A stretch of 64,000 nt of DNA from Eledone cirrhosa (Eukaryota), in NCBI GenBank assembly GCA_964016885.1, contig OZ024750.1, forward strand, positions 36,518,001-36,582,000, given 5' to 3'. The position numbers and the translations under genes are program-made. The notes under the pieces are model-generated. The model was not told where the DNA came from, made no database searches, and was given only the letters and a program-made list of their open reading frames with translations. How positions within the stretch are numbered: the stretch's first letter is position 1; each line of letters starts with the position of its first letter. Below, piece after piece: positions 24,460 to 38,322 of the stretch.

Positions 24460-26420
24460 GTTGTCTGATGAATGAAGAAAAATAACCATCAGTTTACTTC
24501 AGGAAACTCTGAATACCTAGGAAGGTATATACCAGTTTACCATGGGAACCCAACGGCGAAAGACAGATCTGGCCCATTCCTAGCTTTGAGACTCAAGGAC
24601 AATGTCACCTCGTGCTGCCCACCTGTACCAACACAACAACCCCAGTCCACCCACGACAGCACGAAACATCTCTGGGACAGAGTCAACCTCAATCTTATTG
24701 AGGGTAACGTCATAGTGGCTGTTCATGTGCTGGTCTCAAGCGACGCTGTGCTTCCACCAACACCGGATGTTTTGTCAGTGTTGCGCCTCAAACATCCGGA
24801 CCCTCATGCCGACTTCGGGGACAATCCAGCCCCAGCCAGCAATCTCTCCCCGGCAGCATCCAGCGAGGTCGTGGTAGCCACCCTAAGATCTTTTCCTGGT
24901 AGCAGCAGTGGTGGAGTAGATGGCTTACGCCCCAGCCACCTCCTAGACCTCACCTCGTCTCACGTGGTGGAAGCTGGGGCCTGACTGCTCCAGTCATTGA
25001 CAGCCCTAACTAACTATCTCCTCCCCGCCAACTTGCCCTGCCCTGCCATGCCCGCGATCTTTTCTTCTCAGCCAGCATGACCGCCCTAAGGAAGAATGAC
25101 AGAGGTGTCAGTCCCATCGCAGTGGGCAACGTCTTCCGACAACTTACAGCCAAGATAGCTTGCAAGTCAGTCAAAGACGACCAGTGTGAGGTGCTAAGCC
25201 CTGTCCAGCTTGCAGTGGGAATCAAGTACGGTGAGGCTGCAGCTCACGCGGCCATACACTTCATCACGCACACGCCTCCCTCGTCACTCCACCTCCTCCT
25301 CGTACAGTTGGACATGACTAACGTCTTCAACAGAGTTAGACTGCATCTCACATCCTAGAGACATACCTCAGACGAGCCCCCCCCCATCTATCCCCTCGTT
25401 CACCTTTCGTACGGAAGACCAAGCTCACTCATAGCTGCTGGCAACAGAGTTACTTCTGCCCCCAGGTGTCCAGCAGGGGGACCCACTCGGCTTGCTCTTA
25501 TTCGCACTGGCAGTCAACGACGTAGCCCGGTCACCCCCTCAACGTCTGGTACCTCGACGACGTGACCCTGGCCGACCCAGCTGAGACGGTAGTTGAGGAC
25601 CTCTGACATATCATCCCAGCTCTGAAGCTCCTCGGACTTGAGATCAACCCTACCAAGTCCGAGGTGACCAAAATCGGCTACGGAGAGGCCGAATTCTGCA
25701 ACGCCGTACTCTGGTCCGACCCCTTACTGGCCAGTGCTCGACCAACCCCCAAAGATGCCACAGGCATTCTCGTCACCCTCATTCCCCCGAAAGCCATAAG
25801 AGAATGCCTGGAAACTAAGTACGTGGATTTGTCCCGATTAGCTGAGAAGCTGCGCCTCATTGACACTCACCCTGCACAGGCCTCTCTATCCACCAGTATA
25901 CCACAATCCAACACAACTGGGACGACATTAATTGCAGGTCCTCTGTCAGGCGGATCAAGTCCGGCCTGGACCAACACTGCCTCACCTGCCACTGCTCCGC
26001 TTCTCAGCCCAACAGCGGTGCGTGGCTCAATTTGTGCCCTCCTCATCACCCGGTACCCTACTTGATGAGTGCACTCACAACACCTTGGCCTCCGCTGGGC
26101 GATTGTTGACAAGGTCATCCTGCACCCTCTGTCTTACCACCAGAGCACTGGCCAGTTCCCCCCGACAAACCGCTCTTAACATCATATTGAGAAGAAGCCT
26201 AGATGCAGCTGGCTTTCCATCACAACTGGAGCCAGCAGCCCTAGACTGTGGAGATAGCAAGTGCCCCAATGGAATCACCCTCTTCCCATTCAAAGGAGGT
26301 AGATCCCTCATCTGGGGCACCACCTTCTGCGACACGTTCTCCACCTCCAACTTAATTGTTTCGGCCACAAACCCCGGCATCGCAGCCCACCTGGCAGAAG
26401 AACGTAAAATAAACAAATAC
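24460..26420 (+). mobile_element. CRE-clade non-LTR retrotransposon, decayed (RT plus restriction-like endonuclease)
   Basis: SSGGVDGLRPSHL, SPIAVGNVFRQL, LDMTNVFN, GVQQGDPLG, WYLDD, GLEINPTKSE, PNGITLFPFKGGRSLIW, AEERKINKY; contains stops and frameshifts. Confidence 0.85.
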
Positions 26421-26428
26421 TCTCTCTC

Positions 26429-26499
<71 letters not shown>

Positions 26500-27154
26500 A
26501 TGTACACACACACACACACACACAGATATATATACAGAAGTCTAGCAATTAAAAAAAACTAATTTGTGATTTATAAGTTTTGTAAAAGGTCACACATACT
26601 TGAAATTAACAGTGTGTGACATTAAATAGGAGACAGTTTTATAAGGAGAATTTGTTTCATTTCAAGATAAAGAATATCTGATCATTGAACTCTTGGGGTT
26701 GTATTCAGGTTATACAGTGTTTCTCAACAGATAATTGTCATCATAGAAACACTAAAGGCTAAACTACTGTATTTATCCATTCCCAACAGTATTTATCCAT
26801 TCCCATTCCTATAACAGGAAGTAGTTGTTTCCACATCAATCTTCTGTCATATTCTGCTATCCTCTTCTTCCTGCATATTTTTAGTAGTTTTTTTCATAAC
26901 ATGTTTTCAAATCAATGCCTTTTTTTATTCGTTGTTTTCATTTCCTTATATTTTTCATGTTAAGGGGTTGTAATGTACCAAAGTTATTCCTATCACCTGA
27001 TACTTAAAGACTCTAGAAAAGAGGCAATTTTTGCTTCTTGTTACACTGAAAGAAACACAATCACCTTATTTATAATCTTGATCTTTTCAATGCCAGACAG
27101 AGTTGGATTTAGACCTTAGGGGCCCAGGGCACTTCAGGTTTGTGGGGCCCCTCT

Positions 27155-27390
27155 TCATCATCATCACCGTTTTACGTCCGTTCTTCCACGCTAACATGGG
27201 TTAGACGGGTTGTCCTGTGGTGGGCAGTGTATGGCCGGCTGACCTTGTCTTGCTCATATGGGAACTGATTCTGGCTTGATTTCTACAGCAGGGTGCCCTT
27301 CCTAACACCAACCTCATTTACAGTGAGTGCTGGGTGCTTTTTTTCCATGGCGCCTACACGTCCACTTTACAGTGTGGGCTGGGTGCTTTT
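27155..27390 (-). mobile_element. RTE family B 3' tail fragment
   Basis: Reverse complement of the 10612-10866 type. Confidence 0.85.
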
Positions 27391-29806
27391 AGTTACATGC
27401 AAGTAGTTACCTCTCCAACCAGAGGTGACAACACTTTGGACCTGATCTTCACCTCTACTCCTGAAATGGTTATCAGTTGTACTACTGAGGAACCTCTAGG
27501 TGACTCTGATCATGCTATGATCATTGCCAATCTGGCTCTTGCGGGCAGCAACAAAAACCAGAACAATCTCTAATCTGCTTGCTTTGATTGGAAGAAAGCA
27601 GATTGGAACTTGTACTGCACTGAGCTACAGCGCCCAAACTGGCATGAGTTCTATAACTCTGAAGATGTGAACACTATACTCCAGAGCATCCTGGACTCAA
27701 TATGGATAGCGTGTGCAGTATCGGTGCCACGTAAGCAGAACAAAAACACCCCAAAAGTGCAATTTGGGAAACTTCAGTGGTCCGACTTGCCAGGAAAGAA
27801 CGTTGGAACGCTGAACGGGAATATAAACTGCATAAATCAGATGCCAACAGAAAAAAGCGGAATAAATCTTCCAACCATTTCAAGCAAGTGACAAAAAAAG
27901 GCAGTGCTTGAATTTGAACAGTGCATAGCAACCAATCCTGACAGAAAGGTGTTCTGGAAATATGTTCATTCAAAGCAGAGACCTCACTCTCCAGTTGGTC
28001 CTCTTCGCAATCTCCACACAAGTCAGATCACTAACGATCCCAAAGAATGCACAGAACTCATTGCTGAGTGCTATGCAAGCATTTTTACTGTTGAAAACCA
28101 GAATGTATCATCTCTTCCATCTCTAACATCAAATTCCATAACAACTATGGAATTTACACCTGCAATGTTACGACGTCACCTTAAGAATAAGCGCAACTAT
28201 ACCTCCCCTGGTCTTGATGGTGTTACATACCTGCTTCTCAAATGTGGCGGGTACTTCCTTTTGCACCACCTTTCTTTCTTCTTTCAATACTGTCTCAACG
28301 ATGGTGCTATTCCGGAGCAGTGAAAAACTGCCAGTGTCATTCCCCTGTTCAAAAAGGGTGACCGCACGTCACCTGTCAACTATCGTCCCGTCAGTCATAC
28401 TAGCTGTATTGCCAAACTGATGGAATCCTGTGTCAGAGAAACACTTTGGAACTTCTGGAGCTCTCATAGCCTCATCCGGCCCTCGCAGTTTTGATTTATC
28501 CCTAACTCCAGCTGCTGTGATCAGCTTATCGAGTTCCTTGAAGACATTACCCGGATCACTGACAGTGGCTCATGGGTGGATGTTGTTTACCTTGACTTTG
28601 CTAAGGCTTTTAATTCTGTACCACACAAAAGACTTATGGCAAAACTCTCTGCAATGGGTGTGAGGGATGATCTTTTTAACTGGTTGAAATCCTTCATTCT
28701 CAGCCGAAAAGAGGTAGTCACGGTTCTAGAACAGCATTCTTCACCATATGAGATGTCATCTGGTGTACCACAGGGATCTGTTCTTGGTCCCCTTTTGTTT
28801 GTGGCATATATTAATGACATAGATGCCAACTTAAAGAATGCCACGGTACTGAAATATGCAGATGACATCAAGCTGTACCTTGAAATCAAAAGGACTTATC
28901 CTGAAATCTACAACTCTTTCCTACAATTAGACCTGGACACAATGCAGCAATGGATCACAGACTGGCAACTGAAGCTGGCTGTGGACAAGTGTACCACCAT
29001 GCATTTAGGGAGGAAAAATCCAGCGTCCACATACTCCCTCCACAACACTGATATCCTAGAAGTCCTCTTGTGAACGTGACCTGGGCATTACTGTCAGCAG
29101 CGATTTGTGTTGGACAAAGCATGTCTCTAAGATTGTCAAGAAGGCCGAGGGTGTCTTGGCATCGCTCAGCAAGACCTTTGTTAGCCGCTCTCCAGCCATC
29201 TATTTAAAGCCATATACAGCTATGGTACGACCACACTTGGAATTCGCATCATCAGTCTGGAACCCCTATCTTGCTCAGAACATTGACCTCCTGGAAACTG
29301 TTCACATACCCTCCATCAGACACCTACCATACTCTGAACGCCTTGCTTCCCTGGGCATGGGTTCACTGAAGCTCCGACGTCTGGCAATGAACTTGGTAAA
29401 CACCCACAAAGTTATTAACCATCTCGCCAACAACAAGCCTGAGCACCTTTTTGATCTCCATGTGTCTAACACATGTGGACATGCCTACAAAATCAGAAAA
29501 AAAACACAGCTCCCATGACTTTCGGAAACATTTTTTCACGCTCAGAGTTGCTGAAGCATGGAACAAACTGCCTGCATCAGTTGTTAGCTGCCGAGACACT
29601 GCATCCTTTAAAACCCTCATGCTTCCCGAAATTCGCCAAAACTACACCTGATGTACCCCTTCCATACACATGCACACATGTGTATATCATAACTCATGCA
29701 CTGTTCATTTTCCTGACGTTTGTAAATTACCCTATGTACTATACATACACTTTTTGATGAGTTGTAGTGCACCTGAGCACTGTACACATATTTCATTATT
29801 ATTATT
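27391..29806 (+). mobile_element. CR1-like LINE, 5'-truncated and frameshifted
   Basis: PTRGDNTLDLIFT and GDSDH (APE end); YLDFAKAFNSVPH, SGVPQGSVLGPLLF, YADD (RT); (ATT)n tail. Confidence 0.92.
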
Positions 29807-30497
29807 GCATTTATCTTGCTTTATGTTCATACGAGTTATCACCAAGTCACAACCAGTGACCTCAAGAGACAACAAGGTCCGCCATGTTCAAGAAAGAACA
29901 TACATACTCACACATGCATCTTTAGTGTTTAGACTTGTGATGTACTTATATTGACAGAATCTTCCTTAGTATATGGGCAGTTCTCATTAGTACTATCTTT
30001 TGTATTTCTCCTATACACGGGTTTCCTGGGATTTGTGATAAGTAATCATTAGACCCCTTAGGTATCATTCCCAGAGTGCCTACAACCACTGGTATTGTTT
30101 TAGTTCTCAACTTCCACATTTTTCCAATCTCTATCTCCAGGTCTTTATACTTGCTCAATTTTTCAAATGTTTTTATAGATACATTCTTGTCTATTGGAAC
30201 GGACATATCAATTAGCAGGCATACCCTCTTTTTAAAGTCCTTCAATATTATATCAGGTCTATTTGCATCTATTTTTCGGTCTGTTTGGATGCTAAAGTTC
30301 CACACAATTGAGATGTGATCTTTTTCAAGTATGGGAGGTGGTTGATGCTCCCACCAATTCTTTTGATGGGGCAGGTCAAAATGCTTACACATTATCCAAT
30401 GTATGTATTGTGTAGCTCTGTAGTGCCTGTTTAGGTATTCGGTTGGAGCTATAGGACTGCACATTGGTCTCTGGTTGTTTTTTGCATACACGGCATA
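29807..30497 (-). mobile_element. R4/Dong-like LINE 3' fragment (restriction-like endonuclease)
   Basis: YLNRH, IQTDRKIDANRPDII, LIDMSVP, EKLSKYKDL, PVVVGTLG; flanked by (AAT)n on both sides. Confidence 0.88.
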
Positions 30498-30522
30498 ATT
30501 ATTATTATTATTATTATTATTA

Positions 30523-30591
<69 letters not shown>

Positions 30592-31196
30592 TTTATGTAT
30601 GTATATATATATATATATTTATATATATATAATGTGTATGTGTAAAAAGGAAACAGAAATAAAGTGAACAGCACTACAATGAAAAAATATATTAGTTTAT
30701 TAGTTAATGCTTGAAATAACAATTCGGGCACTTGTCGTTCATCAGAAGATGGAATGAGAAATAAAAGATGAAATAGAAGGATGAAGAGGAAGGAACCAAA
30801 AAAAAAAAAAAAAAATTAGGAAAAAAAAACACCTGTCCATATTCAGTCAGACATTCTGGAGAGAGAGAGACCCAGCATCTTAGAACTGTGACTGGTCACC
30901 CTTAGGATTACTCACAAATTACCCATGGACTTCTAATTGCCAAACTTTTACCCTATACATATATAAAGTCTTAAGTGGAACACTTTTTTTGCTGTTTGTT
31001 ATAATTTATTCTCCAGTGAGCTTTCTTCAGATATATAAACAAAGACATACCAGCCATAACTATTCTGATTGTATATCTAAGACTACATTGTCCAATATCT
31101 CGTTCATTTTTTAGATGTCAGGATGTGATTTAAAAAGAGATTTGACTTCTATCTCTAGCTGGTGGAATGCTTGGATGAATGCCTCTCTTGTTGGGT

Positions 31197-31525
31197 CATC
31201 ATCATCATCATCATCATCACCGTTTTACGTCCATTCTTCCACGCTAGCATGGGTTAGACGGGTTGTCCTGTTGTGGGCAGTGTCTGGTCGGCTGACCATG
31301 CCTTGCTCATACAGGAACTGATTTGGCTTGATTTCTACAGCTGGATGCCCTTCCTAACACCAACCTCATTTACAGTGAGTGCTGGATGCTTTTTCGTGGT
31401 GCCTACACGTCCACTTTACAGTGTGGGCTGGGTGCTTTTTTGCCGTGGCACCTCCACGACCACATTGCGGTGGGGGGTGTGGAGGAATATTGTCTATATG
31501 CTTCAGCTTGTACCCATGGGAGGTC
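31197..31525 (-). mobile_element. RTE family B 3' UTR fragment
   Basis: Near-identical to 9717-9985. Confidence 0.88.
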
Positions 31526-31606
31526 ATGTTTCACTTAATCATGTTCAAGGGAGCTTTAATAAAATATATCTAGAAATAGCGATTCAATATATATATATTA
31601 TACATG

Positions 31607-31937
31607 CGGTGGATTGTCAGTATCGGTAGAGGGTCGGGCGCCATGCTTTGAAGCATAGAGTTACCTCCCTTTATGATCTGAGTTCAAATCCCGCCGAGGT
31701 TAACTTTGCCTTTCATCCTTACGGGGTCGATAAAATAAAGTACCAGTAATGCACTGGGATAATTGCTGGCCTTGTGCCAAAAGTAGAAACAATTATTATT
31801 ACTATTATTACTTGATCTGAGTTCAAATCCCGCCGAGGTTGACTTTGCCTTTCATCCTTACGGGGTCGATAAAATAAAGTACCAGTAATGCACTGAGATA
31901 ATTGCTGGCCTGGTGCCAAAAGTAGAAACAATTATTA
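31607..31937 (+). mobile_element. SINE family C plus a tandem partial copy
   Basis: Two successive gatctgagttcaaatcccgccgagg...gtagaaacaattatt units. Confidence 0.9.
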
Positions 31938-32287
31938 GTACAGTTTAAATGTTTTAGCAATATATTACTGTGTTCATCCTAAGTGGGATCATCTGTATGC
32001 AAGAATAATTATGTCAGTATGTGTAACAAGAAGAACAAATATATTCTTGTTATGAAAAAATCAAGAGACTAAGATTTTTTCATAGCAAGAATTTGTTCTT
32101 GTTTTCTAAAGGCAATATATGGTTGTCATTTTTTTGAAATATTTACTTCTGTGTCCACAGATCAATTTTTCGCAGTTTCCGAAGATCCAATTTAGAGTAA
32201 ACATAGTAATTTATTGCTTAAACTTTCAATCTGTACTAATAATAAATATTTTTGTGCTGGGTTTATATATACTTATATATATATAAT

Positions 32288-32624
32288 GGAGGTACATGGC
32301 TTAGTGGTTAGAGCATTGGCCTGGCAATCGAAAGGTTGTGAGTTCAATTCTCAGACCGGGTGATGTGTTGTTTCCTTGAGCAAGACACTTTATTTCACAT
32401 TGCTCCAGTTTACTCAGCTGTAGAAATGAGATGATAGGACTGGGGTCCATATCATTTCACTGCAAAGTGGTCGTGGAGGTGTCACGGAAAAAAAGCACCC
32501 AGCACTCACTGTAAATGAGGTTGGTGTTAGGAAGGGCATCCAGCTGTAGAAATCAAGCCAGAATCAGTTCCCGTCCCACCCTTGCAAGCAGGGAAAAGTG
32601 GACTTAAAACGAAATGATGATGAT
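32288..32624 (+). mobile_element. SINE family A
   Basis: Full-length match to the other copies. Confidence 0.92.
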
Positions 32625-32664
32625 ACAATCCTTATTGAGTCCTCTTTGGATTTTTGTTTTTATT

Positions 32665-32848
32665 ATTGGCAGTATCGGTAGAGGGTCAGATGCCATGCTT
32701 TGACGCATAGAGTTATGGCCCTTGCCATTCTGAGTTCAAATCCCGCCGAGGATAACTTTTCCTTTCATCCTCACGGGGTCGATAAAATAAAGTACCAGTA
32801 ATGCACTGGGTAATTACTGGCCTTGTGCCAAACGTAGAAACAATTATT
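32665..32848 (+). mobile_element. SINE family C
   Basis: Matches the family consensus. Confidence 0.9.
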
Positions 32849-33100
32849 ACTATATATACAACCCATGCTAGTGTAGACGTTAAACGATGGTGATGATATA
32901 TATATAGGGATCAATACAGATCAAACCTATGACTGATCAAAACACGCGTCACTACTCAATAAATGTAATGAAGACATAACAAATCATCCTTATTATTATT
33001 ATTGTTATTACACTCTGCTTTGTCCTACACCTCTATACTTACTGGAAACTACACATTGAGTGATCACTCTGGTGAACGTACAATAACTGAATGTTACAAT

Positions 33101-33136
<36 letters not shown>

Positions 33137-35137
33137 CATCATGGATAAACAGTCAACAAATATGTATTTACACTGAAATTTAACACCATCTTCTCCAATA
33201 GTTGAATACAAAAAAAAACATACTTTGTATACAAATAAAAAATTTTATTCAGAAGCATTTTCCATGAAAGCAAACTCATAATATTAATATTCTTATGTTT
33301 TGTTTTGTTACTTATATTGAGGGAGAAATATTGCTTTCTCTTATAGAAACTTGTTTTCTTTTTCTAAGAATAAATGTAAAAGCATTTTGCTGACAATGAA
33401 AATATGGATTTTGCTATTGAATGCAATCTATATATTTGAAACATGATATATATGAAAGATGGGAAAATAGATGAGAAATATATCAGAGAGAGGGATAAAC
33501 AATAGAAGAGAATATCGAAGAGAAAGGCTGAGAAATAAAAGGAGAAAAAATGTGAAAAGAAGAATGGTGTGTAAAGTCATAAAGTAACAGGAATACTGAA
33601 AAAGTAAAAGGAAAGAAAAAAACAAAGATGGAAGGAAAGAGAGAAAGGGAAATACTAATCAACGTATAAAATAAATAACTTGCTATAAAAATAATTTAGG
33701 GTTAACAAGGTTTTATTTGAATATTAACCTTTTATATATGATAATATTGTTAGTGTTTTGGCCCTCTTCAATTTTACACATCAGACTAAATGATTATTAA
33801 CAAATGTTAAGACTGAACTCTTTCTTTTTTCTTTTGGCACAAGTAAATATCTATACACAACACATCTATTTGGCTGACATTAGTCATTTAAATAAAATAT
33901 CTCAACTTTTCTCTGTTTTGTTGTTTTAAGAGTGTTGTTGTTTCTTATTTCCCATGAGATTTAGATTTAAAAAATATTCTAATATTCATAAATATGAGAT
34001 TATGTTAAACAGTCCTCCTGAACAATTTGTGACTTTTGTTTTTTTCACTTACTTAAAGCTTTGATGAAAAATAATCTACACTGAAAGATGTATTGACTAG
34101 AAAGAAAAATAAACTGTAAAAAGCAGTTTAGGAATTATGAGTGATAGGAATGAGTTCCACTTAATAAGCTTTACTTGTATCAACCTTATGGTATGTCAGA
34201 GTAGATGCCAAAAGGATTCTAGGAAATAGCATACTACCATACATTATTTTGCCACATTCTATAGAATAAATCAAAAATCAACTATACAATCTATTTTATT
34301 ATGATATATATTGATGTATGAGTCAGGTTAAAAATCTATGGCTGAGATTATAAAATCTTTCACTATAGGGTATAATATAACGTGTTATATATTTTATACT
34401 ACAATCTTTGGCAGGATATATTTCATTTTACAATATATTACTTCATAAAATGTAATTTCATTGCATGCTATATTGCTTTATTAGATTATATGATTCTATA
34501 TAATGTATTTCAGTGAGATGTATTGCTTATATCTTCCATTAGAACCGTTATTGCTTTGTACAATTTTGTTTCTATGGCAGAAGAATGTTGTTAAATATAA
34601 TTATCTTGTTATTATCCATCTTTATATAGCTTGATGCAAAATATTGTGTTATAGAAGGCTTTACTTCAAGATATATTTATTATTCACTTGTTTGGGTGTT
34701 GTAACATCATATTTTTAGTTTTTGTCAAATCGAAAACTCTACTACAAAAAGTGATGAAATCACATTGATTTTTGTAACTTAAGTACATTTAGAACTAAAT
34801 CTTCAATTTGTTTTTTTTCCTTTTATGTAAACGACAGACTTTTACAGATATTTGTTCATATTTTGTGTGACCAAAATATACATTTAAGAAACAATGAAAA
34901 ATAGAAAATATATATTTATTACTCAACCAAAAAGTAAAAAAAAAAAAAAAATAAAAAAAAACCCTCCCTTCCCTATTGAACAGACTATCTCATCTATTGC
35001 TTTAAGGACAAGGTAAAACAAATTATTGCTTCATGAGCCATTCTAACTCGTGGGACTCCTTCCTTGGGTTTCAATGCTCTGATTCTGATTTGGTAGAAGA
35101 AAATATCTGTCTGGAGGCTGAAGTTACTGAAGGTTTT

Positions 35138-35905
35138 AACAGTAACTGGTATGAACAGGTTTGGTAGAAGTGAATGACTGGAGACTAGTGTTACTGGAGA
35201 TCTTAACAGTAACTGGTATGAACAGGTTTGGTAGAAGAGAATGACTGGAGACTAGTGTTACTGGAGATCTTAACAGTAACTGGTATGAACAGGTTTGGTA
35301 GAAGTGAATGACTGGAGACTAGTGTTACTGGAGATCTTAACAGTAACTGGTATGAACAGGTTTGGTAGAAGAGAATGACTGGAGACTAGTGTTACTGGAG
35401 ATCTTAACAGTAACTGGTATGAACAGGTTTGGTAGAAGTGAATGACTGGAGACTAGTGTTACTGGAGATCTTAACAGTAACTGGTATGAACAGGTTTGGT
35501 AGAAGTGAATGACTGGAGACTAGTGTTACTGGAGATCTTAACAGTAACTGGTATGAACAGGTTTGGTAGAAGAGAATGACTGGAGACTAGTGTTACTGGA
35601 GATCTTAACAGTAACTGGTATGAACAGGTTTGGTAGAAGAGAATGACTGGAGACTAGTGTTACTGGAGATCTTAACAGTAACTGGTATGAACAGCTTTGG
35701 TAGAAGTGAATGACTGGAGACTAGTGTTACTGGAGATCTTAACAGTAACTGGTATGAACAGGTTTGGTAGAAGAGAATGACTGGAGACTAGTGTTACTGG
35801 AGATCTTAACAGTAACTGGTATGAACAGCTTTGGTAGAAGAGAACGACTGGAGACTTGAGTTACTGGAGATCTTAACAGTAACTGGTATGAACAGGTTTG
35901 GTAGA
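35138..35905. repeat. 67-bp tandem repeat, about 11.5 near-identical copies
   Basis: aacagtaact recurs at 35138, 35205, 35272 and onward. Confidence 0.97.
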
Positions 35906-36199
35906 GAAGAATGACGCTGGTGTTGATGGTAGCTATTGGTTTGGGTAAACCCCAAAAATATTTGATGTCTATGTGGGTTAAATTGTCTAGTATATATATA
36001 GAGAGAGAGATAGAGGTTGAACACACTGAATTGTAAAATTCCTAATGAGGACTGTCTGGAGAATGAGATTACTGGAGGTCTCAACAGTAACTGCTATGGA
36101 AAGGAATGTATCTCTTATGACTGGTATTAATTGACCATTCACTCTTCAGTATTTAAGGCAGTAGTTTCTGGGTTTATTTATGACTAATGTGACTTGATA

Positions 36200-36360
36200 C
36201 TAGTGAGTGCATCACAGCTGGGACATCTTAGATGAATGACTTGCCTCCATTGAACAAGAATAGGTTTATGGCATCTGGATGTCTACCAATACCCCAGTCG
36301 AGACCAAAAAGTTCCAGTTGGAAGCTAGCAGCATCAAGGCTCCGTTAAATGACGGTGTCT
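36200..36360 (-). pseudogene. Decayed CRE endonuclease fragment
   Basis: Minus-strand translation ~RSLDAASFQLE..GLDWGIGRHPDAINLFLFNGGKSFI, homologous to ~26190-26320. Confidence 0.6.
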
Positions 36361-37432
36361 GGTGTGGAGATTGTAAAGTGGACTGTGTTGTGAGGGGTAT
36401 TGTGTGAAGACGACAGGGTTGACTGTTGTGTGGTGTATAGTGTGGAGAAGATAAGATGTACTGTTGTGAGGTGTCAATAGATTATAGGGTGGACTGTGTT
36501 CTGAGGTGTCTGAAGTTTACAGGGTGGGCCGTGCTGTAAAAAGAGGAATTTGGGGAGAGTGAATCAGTCCATCAACAGAAAGAATGCTGGTATTTTTTAG
36601 ACCTTTAACTTCAGCTTTAGACTGAGCATGGAAAACCTGATATGTTGGTGGGCATTAATTTTACAAAATAGAAACTCCCAGCCTAATATTCTTATAATGA
36701 GCTCTTCATTAGTTTTGCTCAAAAGAACCCCCTCTATTCAAAAAAATCAATCAAATTAATTAATGCTGAACTTTGGTTTTTATCATTTCACATCATTAAC
36801 AGAGAATTAGATTCATTTTTATATTTCATTAGGCATAATATTGTTCCTGATTAGTTTAAAGTAATTTTTCTGTTCAGAATTGGTTTTTTTGTTTTAATCT
36901 AACATATTTTAAATAGTTTAAACACACTGTTTTTGAAATATCCTGAATTAATAAAAGCGTGTTTTTTTTTTACAATTAAATAACCTAAACTCATGCCCTC
37001 CTATATATACCATATGAAACAACATTAGGAAGATATTTTTGAAAAATATAAACCACCACTATGACTGCATTACATTTAAAATTAAAATCTTTTCTCTAAA
37101 CCGTTGTAAAACCTTTTTACATCAATCTGTCTCAGTCAAATAGTCTAAATCTAACATCTCTTTTAGGCTGGTGCTTATACCGGTTTCTGTGGTCTGAAGC
37201 AACTGAGAGCATAGTACTCCTCCCTGGACAGGACACCAGTTCCTCACAGAGAGTCAAATAGTAAAGACACTATAAATATTTGAATTAACAAGTCCATTTA
37301 AAACAAAATGTTTTCTATTAAAACCATTACAGGATTTTAACTGTTAATAAGAGCTTTAGCTTTAGTTGTTTTTTAAATTGATCATCTGAAGCTTACAAAA
37401 CATATATTAGTAATAAGGTATTTAAGGTTTAA

Positions 37433-37711
37433 CCTTTTAGCATATACATTAATCTATATATACTATTGTATTTTCATGGTAAAGTCTTTACCTCACATAA
37501 TTATCTCATATATCGAATCTATAAGATTTTGATATTATTCATTTATGAGAACAATACTTTAACATAAGTATGAGCAGCTAGTTACAGCCAGTTTGAATAG
37601 AATGAGGTGAGAGAATTCAGGCCAGTTTAAATGCTAAAGGGTTAAATAAAGAACATTTATAAGCATGTTACAGCCAGTTTGAATAGAATGAGGTGAGAGA
37701 ATTCAGGCCAG
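37433..37711. mobile_element. piggyBac-type MITE M1 with a duplicated right end
   Basis: ttaaccttttagcat...aatgctaaagggttaa; terminal ~65 bp repeated in tandem. Confidence 0.75.
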
Positions 37712-38155
37712 TTTAAATGCTAAAGGGTTAAATAAAGAACATTTAAAAGTAGGTTATGGGCTAAAATATATTTACTGGAGACACTGAAATAATTTCTGAA
37801 AACACCTTGATGTGAATCATACAAAAAAAAACCTTGCTGTAAATCATATCTAATTTCTTGATACTTGAGTCTTAAGTGAAGAATTATTACTGTTGACATC
37901 TAGTTTTTTTCTTTTTTTAAAGTATTATTGATTTGTAATATTGACATAGTGATACAGAGTTTGTAGAAATACATCATACAGAATAATTGCTTCTACTTTA
38001 GGCACAAGGCCAGCAATTACCCAGTGCATTACTGGTACTTTATTTTATCGACAGAATAATATGTCTTAAGTATATTGCAGGTTTATGTGTTGTTCAAGCT
38101 TGGCAGTATTTGAACTACAAAATCAACCAGCACTAACATCTTTCTGCCACGTTAA

Positions 38156-38322
38156 CCCTTTAGCATTTAAACCAGTTGTATCCAGCCAGAATTCTCTCAC
38201 CTCTTTCTGTTCAAACTGGCTGTAACTGGCTGCTCATACTGATGTTAAGGTATTGTTCTCAAAATAAATCCTTTACCACAAAAATACAATAGTAAATAAA
38301 GAGTAATGTAAATGCTAAAGGG
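38156..38322. mobile_element. piggyBac-type MITE M1, short (related copies 53106-53312 and 60436-60634)
   Basis: TTAA-ccctttagcattta...taaatgctaaaggg-TTAA. Confidence 0.85.

Noticed and set aside
30498-30731. N-terminal part of the 261-aa ORF
   Set aside because: Read-through across microsatellites; only 29946-30497 is R4-derived
35138-35905. CRISPR-like or coding repeat array
   Set aside because: No variable spacers, 67-bp unit breaks frame, eukaryotic context
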